Below, one piece after another: positions 29,940-39,568 of a stretch of DNA of 64,000 bases. Positions within the stretch are counted from its first letter, which is position 1; every line of letters starts with the position of its first letter. The position numbers and the translations under genes were made by a program. A model generated the notes under the pieces. The model was not told the DNA's origin. It did no database searches and was given only the letters and a program-made list of their open reading frames with translations. This DNA comes from Thermoplasmatota archaeon (GTDB lineage: Archaea > Thermoplasmatota > Penumbrarchaeia > Penumbrarchaeales > Penumbrarchaeaceae): the NCBI GenBank assembly GCA_016928095.1, contig JAFGLL010000121.1, positions 3,266-67,265 of the forward strand, written 5' to 3'.

Positions 29940-30872
29940 TCAGAGGTTCAATTTTGATGGTATGAACCTCTGGAGCCACTCCTCGACCTCGGGGAGGTCC
30001 ATTGAGATCGTGGGATAGAATTGGGACACCGGCATACCCCGCGAATGGACCACGGGATATTCCATTTCTTCCCCGGGACCCGAGGGTATGACCACCCCTT
30101 TCACCTTGAGCCGGTCGACAGCATCCATCAGCGCGGATGACAGGCCCCCCCCTGCCTTGAGGACGAAAGGTCCCTGGTGACCGCCCATGGTGCCCGTTCT
30201 CATGAACTCTGCCCAGTATGCGTAATGCTCCTCCCTTGTGGCCGGTATCACCCGGCACCCTCTGCGCCTCATTAAAAGGAAGGAGAGAAGGCTCCTCCTT
30301 TCCGATCCGGTATCGGGCGCCGGAAGCAGCAGCAGGACCCGCCCCTGGGATGAAGCCGGCATCCCGCCCGATCCCTTCGTCCTGTTGTCGAAGATATAGG
30401 CATTGGACTCCCTTACCTCGACCTCAATCCATATGTCTGGATGTACAAGGTCGACCGTTGCATCGCCCTCCTCAAGGTGTGATATGACGGCCCCACCCCC
30501 CTCCACTGCTATCTCCTGGCTGGTGTAAGGATGATTACCCGACCTCCTCACCTTGAGACCGTAGGTCATCCCTTTACGGATACGTTTCTCCCCGTATCGG
30601 GAAAGGGCTTCCATCAATTCCCCCCTCCGGGATGATGCTTTCTCGACGAGCGAGAACGAGAATATCCCCGGGATCTGCCTCAAAACCCATGAGGCCATCT
30701 CCTCCTGGTCCGTCTCAACGAACAGCCGGCTCCTCTGAACGCAAAGGATATGCTCCACTCCCGCCTCGATAAGGCTTCCCTCGATGTCATCGGCGAGCAG
30801 TTTAAGGAACCTTGACCTGACCTTCTCGGACTTCAATCCAAGCTCTGCGAACCTGATGAGGATGGTCGTCAT
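29940..30872 (-). CDS. ThiI-like THUMP-domain protein with degenerate PP-loop domain
   Basis: ILIRFAELGLKS, KVRRSGNHPYTSQEIA, VDLVHPD...VEVR and GSGGMPASSQGRVLLLL are ThiI-like, but SGGxDS is absent. ATG 30872 overlaps the upstream stop. Confidence 0.85.
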   Translation of the reverse strand: MTTILIRFAELGLKSEKVRSRFLKLLADDIEGSLIEAGVEHILCVQRSRLFVETDQEEMASWVLRQIPGIFSFSLVEKASSRRGELMEALSRYGEKRIRKGMTYGLKVRRSGNHPYTSQEIAVEGGGAVISHLEEGDATVDLVHPDIWIEVEVRESNAYIFDNRTKGSGGMPASSQGRVLLLLPAPDTGSERRSLLSFLLMRRRGCRVIPATREEHYAYWAEFMRTGTMGGHQGPFVLKAGGGLSSALMDAVDRLKVKGVVIPSGPGEEMEYPVVHSRGMPVSQFYPTISMDLPEVEEWLQRFIPSKLNL

Positions 30873-31894
30873 CGGTCCCACACTCCGGAGATGACCGTGC
30901 GGCAGTATTTGCATCTGCCTTCCATCAATCCCTTCTGGCGGACAGTGTACATGTTCCGCTCTATCACCTTCTTTTTGCATTCAGGACAGTAACTATCATT
31001 GAAGTCCCCGCCTCCCAGGTTGCCGATGAAAACATGCTTCACTCCCCTTCCAATGGCCTGGTCCCTGATCCTCTGTAACGTCCCTGGTGGTGTCGGCGGG
31101 ACATCCAACATCCTATGGTCAGGATGGAACCGGTTGAAATGCACGGGTACCTGATCGTGGAGTTCCGACAGCATCCATTCAATGAAACCTCCAACCTGCC
31201 CATCATCATCGTTGTGCCCCGGGATCACCAGGTATGCGATCTCTACGTGCACCCCCATGTTCACAGCTGTCTTCACGTTTTCAAGTACCGTCTGAAGTCT
31301 GCCTCCCGCGATCTTGCCGTAGAACTCCTCGGAGAATCCCTTGACATCGATGTTAGCGGCATCCGTATGTTCCATCAATTCTCCCCACGGGCCGGGATGG
31401 AGATGGCCATTGGTGACATGGACGACCTTTGCACCTCTACTTCTCAATTGGGGAGACACGTCCATGATGTATTCGAAATTGATCGTGGGCTCGTTGTATG
31501 TGAATGCCACTCCTACGCTTCCTCTGTCAAGGGCCTTCTCTATCAGCAGATGAGGTGGGATGAAATATCCCTCCATCCCTTCCGGGCGTTCCCTGGAAAG
31601 GCTCCAGTTCTGACAATGCCTGCAGCTCAGGTTGCATCCGATCGACCCCAAGGAGAGTATCCTTGAACCGGGAAGGAAATGGTTCAGAGGTTTCTTTTCT
31701 ATGGGGTCCAGATGTATGGCGGGATATATGCCGTAGGCAGCGGCCTGGAGTTTTCCCCCCCTGTTCACCCTGATGCCGCAAATACCCCGTCCGCCTTCAG
31801 CTATTCTGCATTCATGCGGGCATAGCATGCATCCCACATCATTGTCATCGAGGGCCTTCCAGTGACATGCCTCCATGGCTTCCATATTCTCCAT
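30869..31894 (-). CDS. amrS: AmmeMemoRadiSam system radical SAM enzyme
   Basis: CMLCPHEC..G..G.CG.R, DPIEKKPL.HF.PG, GCNLSCRHCQNW, FTYNEP, DAANIDVKGF, HFNRFHP, C-terminal CPEC/CKYC. Confidence 0.93.
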   Translation of the reverse strand: MENMEAMEACHWKALDDNDVGCMLCPHECRIAEGGRGICGIRVNRGGKLQAAAYGIYPAIHLDPIEKKPLNHFLPGSRILSLGSIGCNLSCRHCQNWSLSRERPEGMEGYFIPPHLLIEKALDRGSVGVAFTYNEPTINFEYIMDVSPQLRSRGAKVVHVTNGHLHPGPWGELMEHTDAANIDVKGFSEEFYGKIAGGRLQTVLENVKTAVNMGVHVEIAYLVIPGHNDDDGQVGGFIEWMLSELHDQVPVHFNRFHPDHRMLDVPPTPPGTLQRIRDQAIGRGVKHVFIGNLGGGDFNDSYCPECKKKVIERNMYTVRQKGLMEGRCKYCRTVISGVWDR

Positions 31895-31940
31895 CACGGG
31901 GGCAATATCGTTCGGACAGAGAATAAAGATTGCCCCAAAA

Positions 31941-32852
31941 CTACAGGAAATTGTCAAGAGCGCCCGGAGGAGCCGAGAGACCCAGGAGCTCCCTCATCCT
32001 GATCGCGTTCTTCGGGGCCATCCCTCTTGGATGATTGTTGAAATATATCCTGGTGTCTCGGTCCACTTTGGATGCCATGATCCTCAGGGGGTCGAGCCTC
32101 TCCCTGAGCTCACTCTCAGGATAATCATAGGAATACCTCTCATCTTCCCCCTCGCCATGGGTCCTGAACCAGGCTTCCTTGTTCCTCCCGTGGAACCGTA
32201 TATAAGTATGTCTGGCTGTCTCCTCCGTGAACCATGGGAACGAGGGGCCGTCAACAACGACCAATGCGATCCCGAACTCTCTTAGTATGTCCCTTGCCTC
32301 TTCAATGAGCCTCAGTTCCTCATTGAGCCATGAGGAGTTCCTCAGCTCCAAGGCGGGATAGCCTGGCAGGGATGCCATCTTCTCGCCGAGTTCCCGGAGC
32401 CTTTTCAGGCCGAGAACATACCCGGGAAGCGGGACCCTGGGTTCCGCTTTCATCTTGTATTTGATATCTCCCCTGACCGTGAAATAGGGTGAGGCCTGGA
32501 AGAGGACCGCCCCAAGGACGCCGTCATCTTTCAAGGGACTGAGGACAGCTCGATCGAACTCATCCAATGCCCGGAACATATCGACCGGTTCATCCTCCAT
32601 GCAGCTCTCGTGGGATATCCTCCCCGGAACCTTGACGGTGAGCTCTCTCTTGTTGAAGGTGCGTGCGGTCCTGGACCAGGCCTGGACCGCAGAGGATGAT
32701 GGGGTGGTGTAGAAGGTCGAGTTGACCTCCACCGTGTCGAACATGGAGAAATAGTATCCGAGAAGGTCCTTCGAAGGGCAACCTTCAGGATAGACAGGCC
32801 CGAGCCAGTCCTTGTATGACCAACCGCTGTTACCGATCCTGATCCTTCCCAT
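31941..32852 (-). CDS. DUF72 family protein
   Basis: IGNSGWSYKDW, TVEVNSTFY, LFQ, ELRNSSW, YIRFHGRN, YSYDY, YFNNH. Confidence 0.95.
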   Translation of the reverse strand: MGRIRIGNSGWSYKDWLGPVYPEGCPSKDLLGYYFSMFDTVEVNSTFYTTPSSSAVQAWSRTARTFNKRELTVKVPGRISHESCMEDEPVDMFRALDEFDRAVLSPLKDDGVLGAVLFQASPYFTVRGDIKYKMKAEPRVPLPGYVLGLKRLRELGEKMASLPGYPALELRNSSWLNEELRLIEEARDILREFGIALVVVDGPSFPWFTEETARHTYIRFHGRNKEAWFRTHGEGEDERYSYDYPESELRERLDPLRIMASKVDRDTRIYFNNHPRGMAPKNAIRMRELLGLSAPPGALDNFL

Positions 32853-32870
32853 GGTCCCTCCGGGGCACCA

Positions 32871-33242
32871 TCACTCGAGCTTGCCCTTCTTGCCGCAGCT
32901 GGGACACTTGATCTTCAGAGGCCTTTCATTGGTGGTTATGGGTATTGGGGTATCGCAGGCAGGGCAAGGAATATAACCGAGTATCTCGGGAGTCTTGCCG
33001 GTGGAAGCCTCAAGGTCGAACTCTTCCTGAGAAAGAGAGTACATCTTTGCCTCACCGTCGTGGAAGACCTCCGTGGGGGCTTCCATGCCAACGATGTTGG
33101 TATTCCCCAGGTCAAGGATCTGACCTGATGGTCTGTAGATGGGACCCTGGATACCTTCCATCTCGGTCTCCTTGAATATTATCGGGAAGTATCGGTATTC
33201 GAAATCCGGAAAGAGGTCCCTTTTCTTCGTTTCCTCAGACAA
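32871..33242 (-). CDS. hypothetical protein with C-terminal Zn ribbon
   Basis: TTG start at 33242 after AGGTGAT SD and a TTTTTAT element. Ends CPAC...CPSCGKKGKLE. Confidence 0.75.
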   Translation of the reverse strand: MSEETKKRDLFPDFEYRYFPIIFKETEMEGIQGPIYRPSGQILDLGNTNIVGMEAPTEVFHDGEAKMYSLSQEEFDLEASTGKTPEILGYIPCPACDTPIPITTNERPLKIKCPSCGKKGKLE

Positions 33243-33341
33243 GGTATCACCTGCTGCGGGAGTTGTTTCCTCCCATAAAAACGTATTCACGGTAACAGGC
33301 AGTCCCTGACCGTTCGAGGATGTGGAACTGCCACTGTCCCC

Positions 33342-36300
33342 CTATGAACCATTTCTGGGCCTACGACGTATGACCACTAGTCCAACTAACAGCAAGACCA
33401 TACAGATCAGCAACACCAACAACACCAAGGTGACACACAGCAGAATAGGAGTATGTCCGTATTCTCTCTCTACCGACAGTCCGATCGTCATCCGGTTGTT
33501 ATCATTGGCCCCCCCATCCACGAACTGGTCCCTCAGCTCATGGACCGAATTGTCCGGATCGATGTGAATAGATACCAGCTGTTCTCCGGCAGCAAGATCC
33601 ATAGGGACGATCACCTCATACTTCTGACCAGGTCCGATCGGACCTATACCGATTCTTTGGACAGGGGAGTCTGAGGTATGAACGTTCATCCAGGTAGTGT
33701 TCGTGGCCGCATCACCCATGTTGATGATATCGATAACGAGAACGAAACCCTCACCCTCCGATGCTTGTTCGATGGTATTGCCCGAGGTGTCGTGTAATGA
33801 ATATCCATTGCCGTCGAAAGCAAGGTCCGGAATTGTGAGATCGAGATCGAGCGACAGCAGGCAGCTTCCGCTCCATTCTTCGGACCTCACGAGGAACCGA
33901 AGATGAATGTCATTCACGAGGTAGGACCCATCACCACTGTCGCCGCCGGCGATGATGTCGATGTAAGCGGTCTCCCCCCGGCCAAGCATGAACACAAGCT
34001 CATGGCTGCTTGTAGGGTGTTCAGCCTCGGTGGGGAAGCTGAGATATTCCCCGATCCTCAACTCTGTCGATGCTAACTCGGCCATGCTCATGCTTATGGT
34101 CTCAATGACATCTGGACCCAGCGAGCGGGAGATCCCCTTGAACGCCGCATGCCACCCTTCTTCCGGGGGGATCCTGACAACAGGGTTAATGGTGAACTCT
34201 TTCCCGTATAAGACATGGATGAGGTCCCTAGCATTCTGATCGTTGGTGACCTCTAAGGTGTACTTCCTGACCTCGCGAATAGGAGCATTGTCGGTCTTGC
34301 TGATACCACCGTTCAGGAATTTGGCCTTGATATCTCCCACTCCGGTGACGTTCACGGTGAAGGAGACCACGATCGGAACGTTAACCTCGGGGGTCATCCA
34401 GAAAGAGATCTTTTGACTGCCTGCATCGGCATCCTCCCGAACCTTCACATGGACTAAAAGCTCCACATCTTCGAACATACCAAGATGGACGGTATCAACA
34501 AGGGCTCCCTCTCCATCGGTCAATTCAACCTCCAATGAGCTGTCGATATCGAAGGGTGTGATCTCGATGGCCTCGTCGAAGTTGGACCGGCTTGAAAGCT
34601 TCAAGGTGGCATTCATGGAGTCACACGGTGCGAGATCGAGTTCATCCGGTAGATGGATGCCCACTATCAACCCCGAACTCCTTGGGATGACCAGGGTGAT
34701 GCTCACACTTGAGTTCAGGGAGAGGCCTTCTGCCACTCCAAAAAAGGTGAGGTCCACTTCGGTGCCTGCTTCGTACAATGTATGGATCCATGAAGGGGGC
34801 GTGATGGTGACCTGGACCCGCTTCATCTGGCCCCTTTTTATCGGTATTGCCCCATCGAGTAACTCGAGCCCCCATGCGGAAGTAAGGCCCTCAACGCTCA
34901 GAAGAACGTTCAAGGGATCGATGTTGCCCGTGTTCGTGATACCAAGAGAGATAGTTAGTTTTTCATCAGTGATCTCGTAACGGTCCTCGAACGCAACAAG
35001 GGATAATCCGGGGACGCTCCCGACCACAAGAATGATCTCATCCGTTTTTTGAAGAATGCCCATCATGTTCTTTGAGATCCCTTTGACCACAATCGGAATT
35101 CTCGAGTCCGCGACAGCATTGGGAGAGGCCTCGACGGCCACCGTGAAAGTTGCACCCGAGCATCCACCGAACATATCGACAAAGAGCTGAGCTGTCAGAG
35201 AGACAGAAGCGTTCAGCGTTCCAGTCTCCATGAAATACCAGTTCCACCCTGCTCCGATGGGTGGTTCCGAAAGGGTCAGTTCGTAGGAATCGTTCATGTT
35301 CCCTGTGTTGCGGATAACGATCGTGTAAGTACAGTCATTACCCGGATCGATAGTGTTCCATTTTTTATCATACAATTCAGATAGCGGATCTTCGTCCACA
35401 GGCTGGAGGAAGAACACCTCGAGATCATTGAAGAGGTTCAAAACAGCGATGCATGATACGGTCTCAATATCGTCTGTGTTCGTTTCCAGATAAGCATCGA
35501 CGTCTATCCTTGCGATCTCCCCGAAGTCCTCATCCCATGGTGCATAGACCCAGAAGGTCACTTGCGCTGCCTCTTGAGATGCCAGCATCACAAATTCCGG
35601 ATTGTCATTGCCCTTGCCCGGAGGTGTATCAAGCCATGCTGACCATCCGGGAGGCACGGTGGAGCGGTCTATGTGTACCATTATCTTCTGCCGGTTCTCC
35701 TCCGTTATTCCCTGGCCTTCGAGCAATACCGATAGATTGAAACCGACAAGCGAACCAGGACTGACACTCTTCAACAAGGGTTCCGGTCCCTCGTTCTCAT
35801 CGATCTTCGGACCGAACTCAACCCATTTTGTTGGGTAATTGTAATAGTATCCCGTTCTTCCGTTGTTCCCGTGGAAGGTCGGCCAGTCGGCCTGGCCGAC
35901 AAGAGACCTGCCTCCTGCCGAGAGACAGAGCACCCTGCCGTCGGTTGTCCCTATGACAACCTCGAGCACGCCGTCCCGGTCGATGTCAGCAACAACCGGT
36001 GACGAGATGCCGAAGGTCGTATCCGCGTCATATACCCAGAGAACATCCTGGGTGGGACAATCTCCTGGATACGGGGCCCCTTCATCGACCCCATCCGAAG
36101 GGTCGCCGTCCAGGCAGAATATCTTCCCGCTCTCGGATGCGACGATGATCTCGAGCTCCCTGTCGTGATCGATGTCGCATAGGGCAGGAGATGAAATAAG
36201 TGCTCCACCCGTATCAAAACTCCAGAGTTGGGTCATGGTCGCGGAGTTCGCCACGTAGAGCATGCCGTTCCCGGAACCGAATACAAGCTCGATATCGTCC

Positions 36301-37463
36301 CCGGTCCAGGAGCTGTAGGCCGTTCCCTGCAGATCGCCAAATGCGGGCGAACCGATGATAGCGCAATCTTCGGACCCGATAGGAATATCGCCGGTAAGAC
36401 CGCCTTGGCGCTTGAAAAGCAAGATATCACTCCCCCAATCGTTCCAATCGAACGATCCCCGGTTCCTCCCGAGGGTCATTTCAAGTCCCTGGTCCGGATC
36501 GACATTTGCCACGGCAGGGGTGGAAATGAGATATTGGTCCAAGTTCTCGCTTAGGTTTCTTGCATATCCCCCCTTCGGACCTATGGAGCGGTTCTTCAGG
36601 TCGTATACCTCCATGTATCCATACCTTGCGATCACGAGCTCCATCGAGATTTCCTCTCCATCTCCAGGCAATCTTCTGGTCCCGTTCTCCCAGAAGGCCC
36701 CGTCCAGGTCCTCGGCAACGATCGAGGCAGACACCTCATTGAGGGTATCTCCGTTCAGGGAAATATTCTGCTGAAGGACGATCGTTCCGTTACCCTTGAG
36801 GATCACAAGTTCGGTCGTCCTGTTCTCGTTGTCCCTTGCGAATACGATCTCCATTTCTTTGTTCGTTGGCTTCGGCCCCCCTTCAAGATCGACGAGGGTC
36901 GGAGTGTTGAAGATCGATCCGTTAGGGACTTCGTATCTCCACATGAGCCTTCCGTTCGCTCCGATACAGTAGAGCCCGTCGCCCCCGGCTATGAGCAGTT
37001 CCGGTTCATCTCCCGACACGACGTCCCCGACGAGAGGCGAGGGAAAATATTCCGGAGGCCTGAGCGATCCATGCCGGGTCCATTCTTCAACACCGAGCAG
37101 GTCCATCCCCCCTAGCTGGAAGGGCTCTCCCCAGAAACAGGACCCCCCGTGCCTGATGACGTTAACATTACCATCCGCGGACACCACCACGATCTCCATC
37201 CTCCCGTCCCCATCAAGGTCCGAAAGTGCCGGGGTCGAGATATTCGAGGTATCGTCCTTTATCGCATCCACTTCCCATTCCAGCCTCGGATCACCCATGA
37301 GAACCACCCCAGAGGATATCGATGGAGGGAGCGAAATGGGAGCGGCCGCTCCCGTGATCAACATTACAGTCGATGATAATAGCATCCCCAGGACCATGAC
37401 CGTGATACATTTCTTCGGGTTGCCACCCAAGTAAACCTCTCCCCTGACGTGATAAGATATCAT
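33342..37463 (-). CDS. giant surface protein: FG-GAP/PQQ-like beta-propeller + NEW3/CARDB Ig-like domains + C-terminal TM
   Basis: Repeated (S/T)P...DLDGDG..EIV motifs, WPTFHGNNGRTG, N.GN..D.Y.L units, CARDB-like IDPDNSVHEL...NN, TM followed by RRR. Confidence 0.88.
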   Translation of the reverse strand: MISYHVRGEVYLGGNPKKCITVMVLGMLLSSTVMLITGAAAPISLPPSISSGVVLMGDPRLEWEVDAIKDDTSNISTPALSDLDGDGRMEIVVVSADGNVNVIRHGGSCFWGEPFQLGGMDLLGVEEWTRHGSLRPPEYFPSPLVGDVVSGDEPELLIAGGDGLYCIGANGRLMWRYEVPNGSIFNTPTLVDLEGGPKPTNKEMEIVFARDNENRTTELVILKGNGTIVLQQNISLNGDTLNEVSASIVAEDLDGAFWENGTRRLPGDGEEISMELVIARYGYMEVYDLKNRSIGPKGGYARNLSENLDQYLISTPAVANVDPDQGLEMTLGRNRGSFDWNDWGSDILLFKRQGGLTGDIPIGSEDCAIIGSPAFGDLQGTAYSSWTGDDIELVFGSGNGMLYVANSATMTQLWSFDTGGALISSPALCDIDHDRELEIIVASESGKIFCLDGDPSDGVDEGAPYPGDCPTQDVLWVYDADTTFGISSPVVADIDRDGVLEVVIGTTDGRVLCLSAGGRSLVGQADWPTFHGNNGRTGYYYNYPTKWVEFGPKIDENEGPEPLLKSVSPGSLVGFNLSVLLEGQGITEENRQKIMVHIDRSTVPPGWSAWLDTPPGKGNDNPEFVMLASQEAAQVTFWVYAPWDEDFGEIARIDVDAYLETNTDDIETVSCIAVLNLFNDLEVFFLQPVDEDPLSELYDKKWNTIDPGNDCTYTIVIRNTGNMNDSYELTLSEPPIGAGWNWYFMETGTLNASVSLTAQLFVDMFGGCSGATFTVAVEASPNAVADSRIPIVVKGISKNMMGILQKTDEIILVVGSVPGLSLVAFEDRYEITDEKLTISLGITNTGNIDPLNVLLSVEGLTSAWGLELLDGAIPIKRGQMKRVQVTITPPSWIHTLYEAGTEVDLTFFGVAEGLSLNSSVSITLVIPRSSGLIVGIHLPDELDLAPCDSMNATLKLSSRSNFDEAIEITPFDIDSSLEVELTDGEGALVDTVHLGMFEDVELLVHVKVREDADAGSQKISFWMTPEVNVPIVVSFTVNVTGVGDIKAKFLNGGISKTDNAPIREVRKYTLEVTNDQNARDLIHVLYGKEFTINPVVRIPPEEGWHAAFKGISRSLGPDVIETISMSMAELASTELRIGEYLSFPTEAEHPTSSHELVFMLGRGETAYIDIIAGGDSGDGSYLVNDIHLRFLVRSEEWSGSCLLSLDLDLTIPDLAFDGNGYSLHDTSGNTIEQASEGEGFVLVIDIINMGDAATNTTWMNVHTSDSPVQRIGIGPIGPGQKYEVIVPMDLAAGEQLVSIHIDPDNSVHELRDQFVDGGANDNNRMTIGLSVEREYGHTPILLCVTLVLLVLLICMVLLLVGLVVIRRRPRNGS

Positions 37464-37571
37464 TCAGGGTTCTCCTATAAGCGGTTTATTGTACATATCC
37501 GGAATATCCTTGATATCGGGGATGAACTGAGGCGGGAAAGTATTTCATAATCCATAGGACCATCATCCACC

Positions 37572-38072
37572 ATGGCAATGGAAGGCTCTCTCGGAATGAG
37601 GGTCACATCCGTTCTCGCTCTATCGATGGGTCCTTTCATGGTCATGGCAGATATAGTGGCCGTGGTGATCGTAAAGCACAAGGTGGTTCTCGGTTTTGGT
37701 GCCCCTGGTCAGGTATTTCCTTCGACCCTTGGTCTCATCGGGGCGGCCCTCTGGCTTGCAGGTCTTGTCTTCCTTAAATGGGCAAAGAGGTCAGAACGGG
37801 GGAACTTCAGCTCCAAGGCCAGATCCGTATTCCTCAAAGGAAAGGATGAGTTCAAATGCCCAAGCTGCGGTAAGATCATCGACGCATCACGGGTCGAATA
37901 CCATGAGAGGATCACATGCCCATGCGGCAAGATGTACGATATGTTCCAGGAAGGTCCATGGGACGGGGACGTTCCTACCTCGGGGGAACTATCTTCACCC
38001 TCGAAAGCAACTCCGATGCGGAGAGAGAGTGCCAAAGCTGTGAAAAGGCCTCCTCGCCAGCCTTCCCGTTGA
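37572..38072 (+). CDS. membrane protein with 2 TM and Zn ribbon
   Basis: Two hydrophobic helices, CPSC...CPCG. Its 3' end overlaps the convergent nnr gene. Confidence 0.7.
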   Translation: MAMEGSLGMRVTSVLALSMGPFMVMADIVAVVIVKHKVVLGFGAPGQVFPSTLGLIGAALWLAGLVFLKWAKRSERGNFSSKARSVFLKGKDEFKCPSCGKIIDASRVEYHERITCPCGKMYDMFQEGPWDGDVPTSGELSSPSKATPMRRESAKAVKRPPRQPSR

Positions 38073-39564
38073 CGTAGGCTGCAACGCAGGCAGCATCAAA
38101 TGGCCGCATACCACGTGAAAGCAGTCCGGTGCAGAGGCCGGCGAGTATATCTCCGGTACCGCCAACGCTCATCGCGGGCACACCTGCCGTGCAGTATCTC
38201 CTGTATACCTTTCTTCCGGACAGCTCGATCGCAACGTTGTCGGAAAGGGAGGGGGGCTCTCCCGAAAAGCAGAGGTCCACAGGTCCCTTGATCAGCATGG
38301 TCGCCCCGAGCTTCCGATCCAGTTCGGAAACGATCTCGAGTGCCTCGGGTCTCCAGGAACCGGTCTCTCCAGTCTTCTCGCAGGGGTCCTTCAGGACATC
38401 CGTATCCGATCCTGGAAGGAAGCTCTTGACGAGCTTCCCCAGCTCCCCCCTGTGCGGGGTGAGCAGCACGTTATACCCCATCTTTCCTCCTTTCCAGAGT
38501 TCCGACACAGCTGTGATCCCGTCGGCATCGACCACCACGGGCAGGTTCAGGGATAATGCATGTTCAAGGGCCCCTTCCAGGAGGTGCAGGGTTCCTCTAT
38601 CGTTCCCTGCACCGGGACCTATCAATATCGAACTCGATCGTTCGATCATCTCCTTCAGGTCCGAAAGCACCTCTGGACCCAACCGATGTGGGTTGAGGGT
38701 CGGCAGCCTATTAACGATCAGGTCCATGGAGAAGGACGCAACGACATTGGCGATCCCCCGAGGGACCGCGACATTGACAAGATCGGCCCCCGTCCTCAGA
38801 GCTGCTGCCCCCGCAAGTGAAGGAGCTCCGGTGAAAGGCCCGCCTCCGATCACCAGGACCTTCCCCCCCTCGCCTTTCCTTGAACAGACTGGCTTGGCTG
38901 GAACGCGCAGGAGGTCGCCGGGACCGATGTATGTGGCGGCGTTATCGGGAATGCCTATCTTCTTCACGACGATCTCGCCGCAGTCAGGATGAGGCTCCCC
39001 GTCGACCATCATTTCCTCCTTGATGTCGTGGAAGGTAACGGTGACATCCGCCCTGAAAGCGGTATCCTGTCCGAGCCCCGTCGGTATGTCAATGGCGATC
39101 CTGATACCTTTGAACGAGTTCATGGCGGTCAATATCTGGACAAGGTCATTGCGTAGCTTCCCTCTCGCTCCAGAACCCAGCAATCCGTCCACTACTGCTC
39201 CAGCCCCTTTCAGTGATCTTTTCATTTGGGACTCGCGGTCGTTCTCTTCAAGGACCCGGGTGGGAACGCTTACGGGCAGGTCCGCGAAAGCCCTTCGGGA
39301 CAGCCCGGAACCATGATTGGGAATGTCCTTGATCATGACGACAACGACCGGGACCTTCCAGGTCGAAAGATACCGTGCGGCAACCACCCCGTCGCCCCCG
39401 TTGTTACCGGTCCCTGAGACGATCACGACCTTCTTGCCCGGATCGACCCGGGACCTGATCTCCTCTGCCAGCGATCTTCCAGCGGCCTCCATCAGGTGTG
39501 AGATATCGACCCCGAGATGTTCGCTGTTCAGGTCCAGAACTCCCACATCTACGAAGGATATCAT
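37975..39564 (-). CDS. nnr: bifunctional NAD(P)H-hydrate epimerase/dehydratase
   Basis: LMEAAG, GTGNNGGDG, VDGLLGSG, AIDIPTG (NnrE); GKVLVIGGG..TGAP, VVDADG, TPHRGE, GGTGDILAG (NnrD). Confidence 0.95.
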   Translation of the reverse strand: MISFVDVGVLDLNSEHLGVDISHLMEAAGRSLAEEIRSRVDPGKKVVIVSGTGNNGGDGVVAARYLSTWKVPVVVVMIKDIPNHGSGLSRRAFADLPVSVPTRVLEENDRESQMKRSLKGAGAVVDGLLGSGARGKLRNDLVQILTAMNSFKGIRIAIDIPTGLGQDTAFRADVTVTFHDIKEEMMVDGEPHPDCGEIVVKKIGIPDNAATYIGPGDLLRVPAKPVCSRKGEGGKVLVIGGGPFTGAPSLAGAAALRTGADLVNVAVPRGIANVVASFSMDLIVNRLPTLNPHRLGPEVLSDLKEMIERSSSILIGPGAGNDRGTLHLLEGALEHALSLNLPVVVDADGITAVSELWKGGKMGYNVLLTPHRGELGKLVKSFLPGSDTDVLKDPCEKTGETGSWRPEALEIVSELDRKLGATMLIKGPVDLCFSGEPPSLSDNVAIELSGRKVYRRYCTAGVPAMSVGGTGDILAGLCTGLLSRGMRPFDAACVAAYVNGKAGEEAFSQLWHSLSASELLSRVKIVPPR

Positions 39565-39568
39565 TCTC

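Noticed and set aside
33242-33344. Amber read-through (pyrrolysine or recoding): the Zn-ribbon ORF is in frame with the 1373-aa surface gene across a single TAG
   Set aside because: The downstream gene has its own TATA-like element and AGGTGAT SD before TTG 33242, and a short stop-free gap is likely by chance. TAG acts as a normal stop elsewhere (ABC permease, DUF72).
37975-38072. 98-nt convergent overlap between nnr and a membrane-protein gene
   Set aside because: The overlapping tail of the plus-strand gene is low-complexity and best explained by stop-codon drift.
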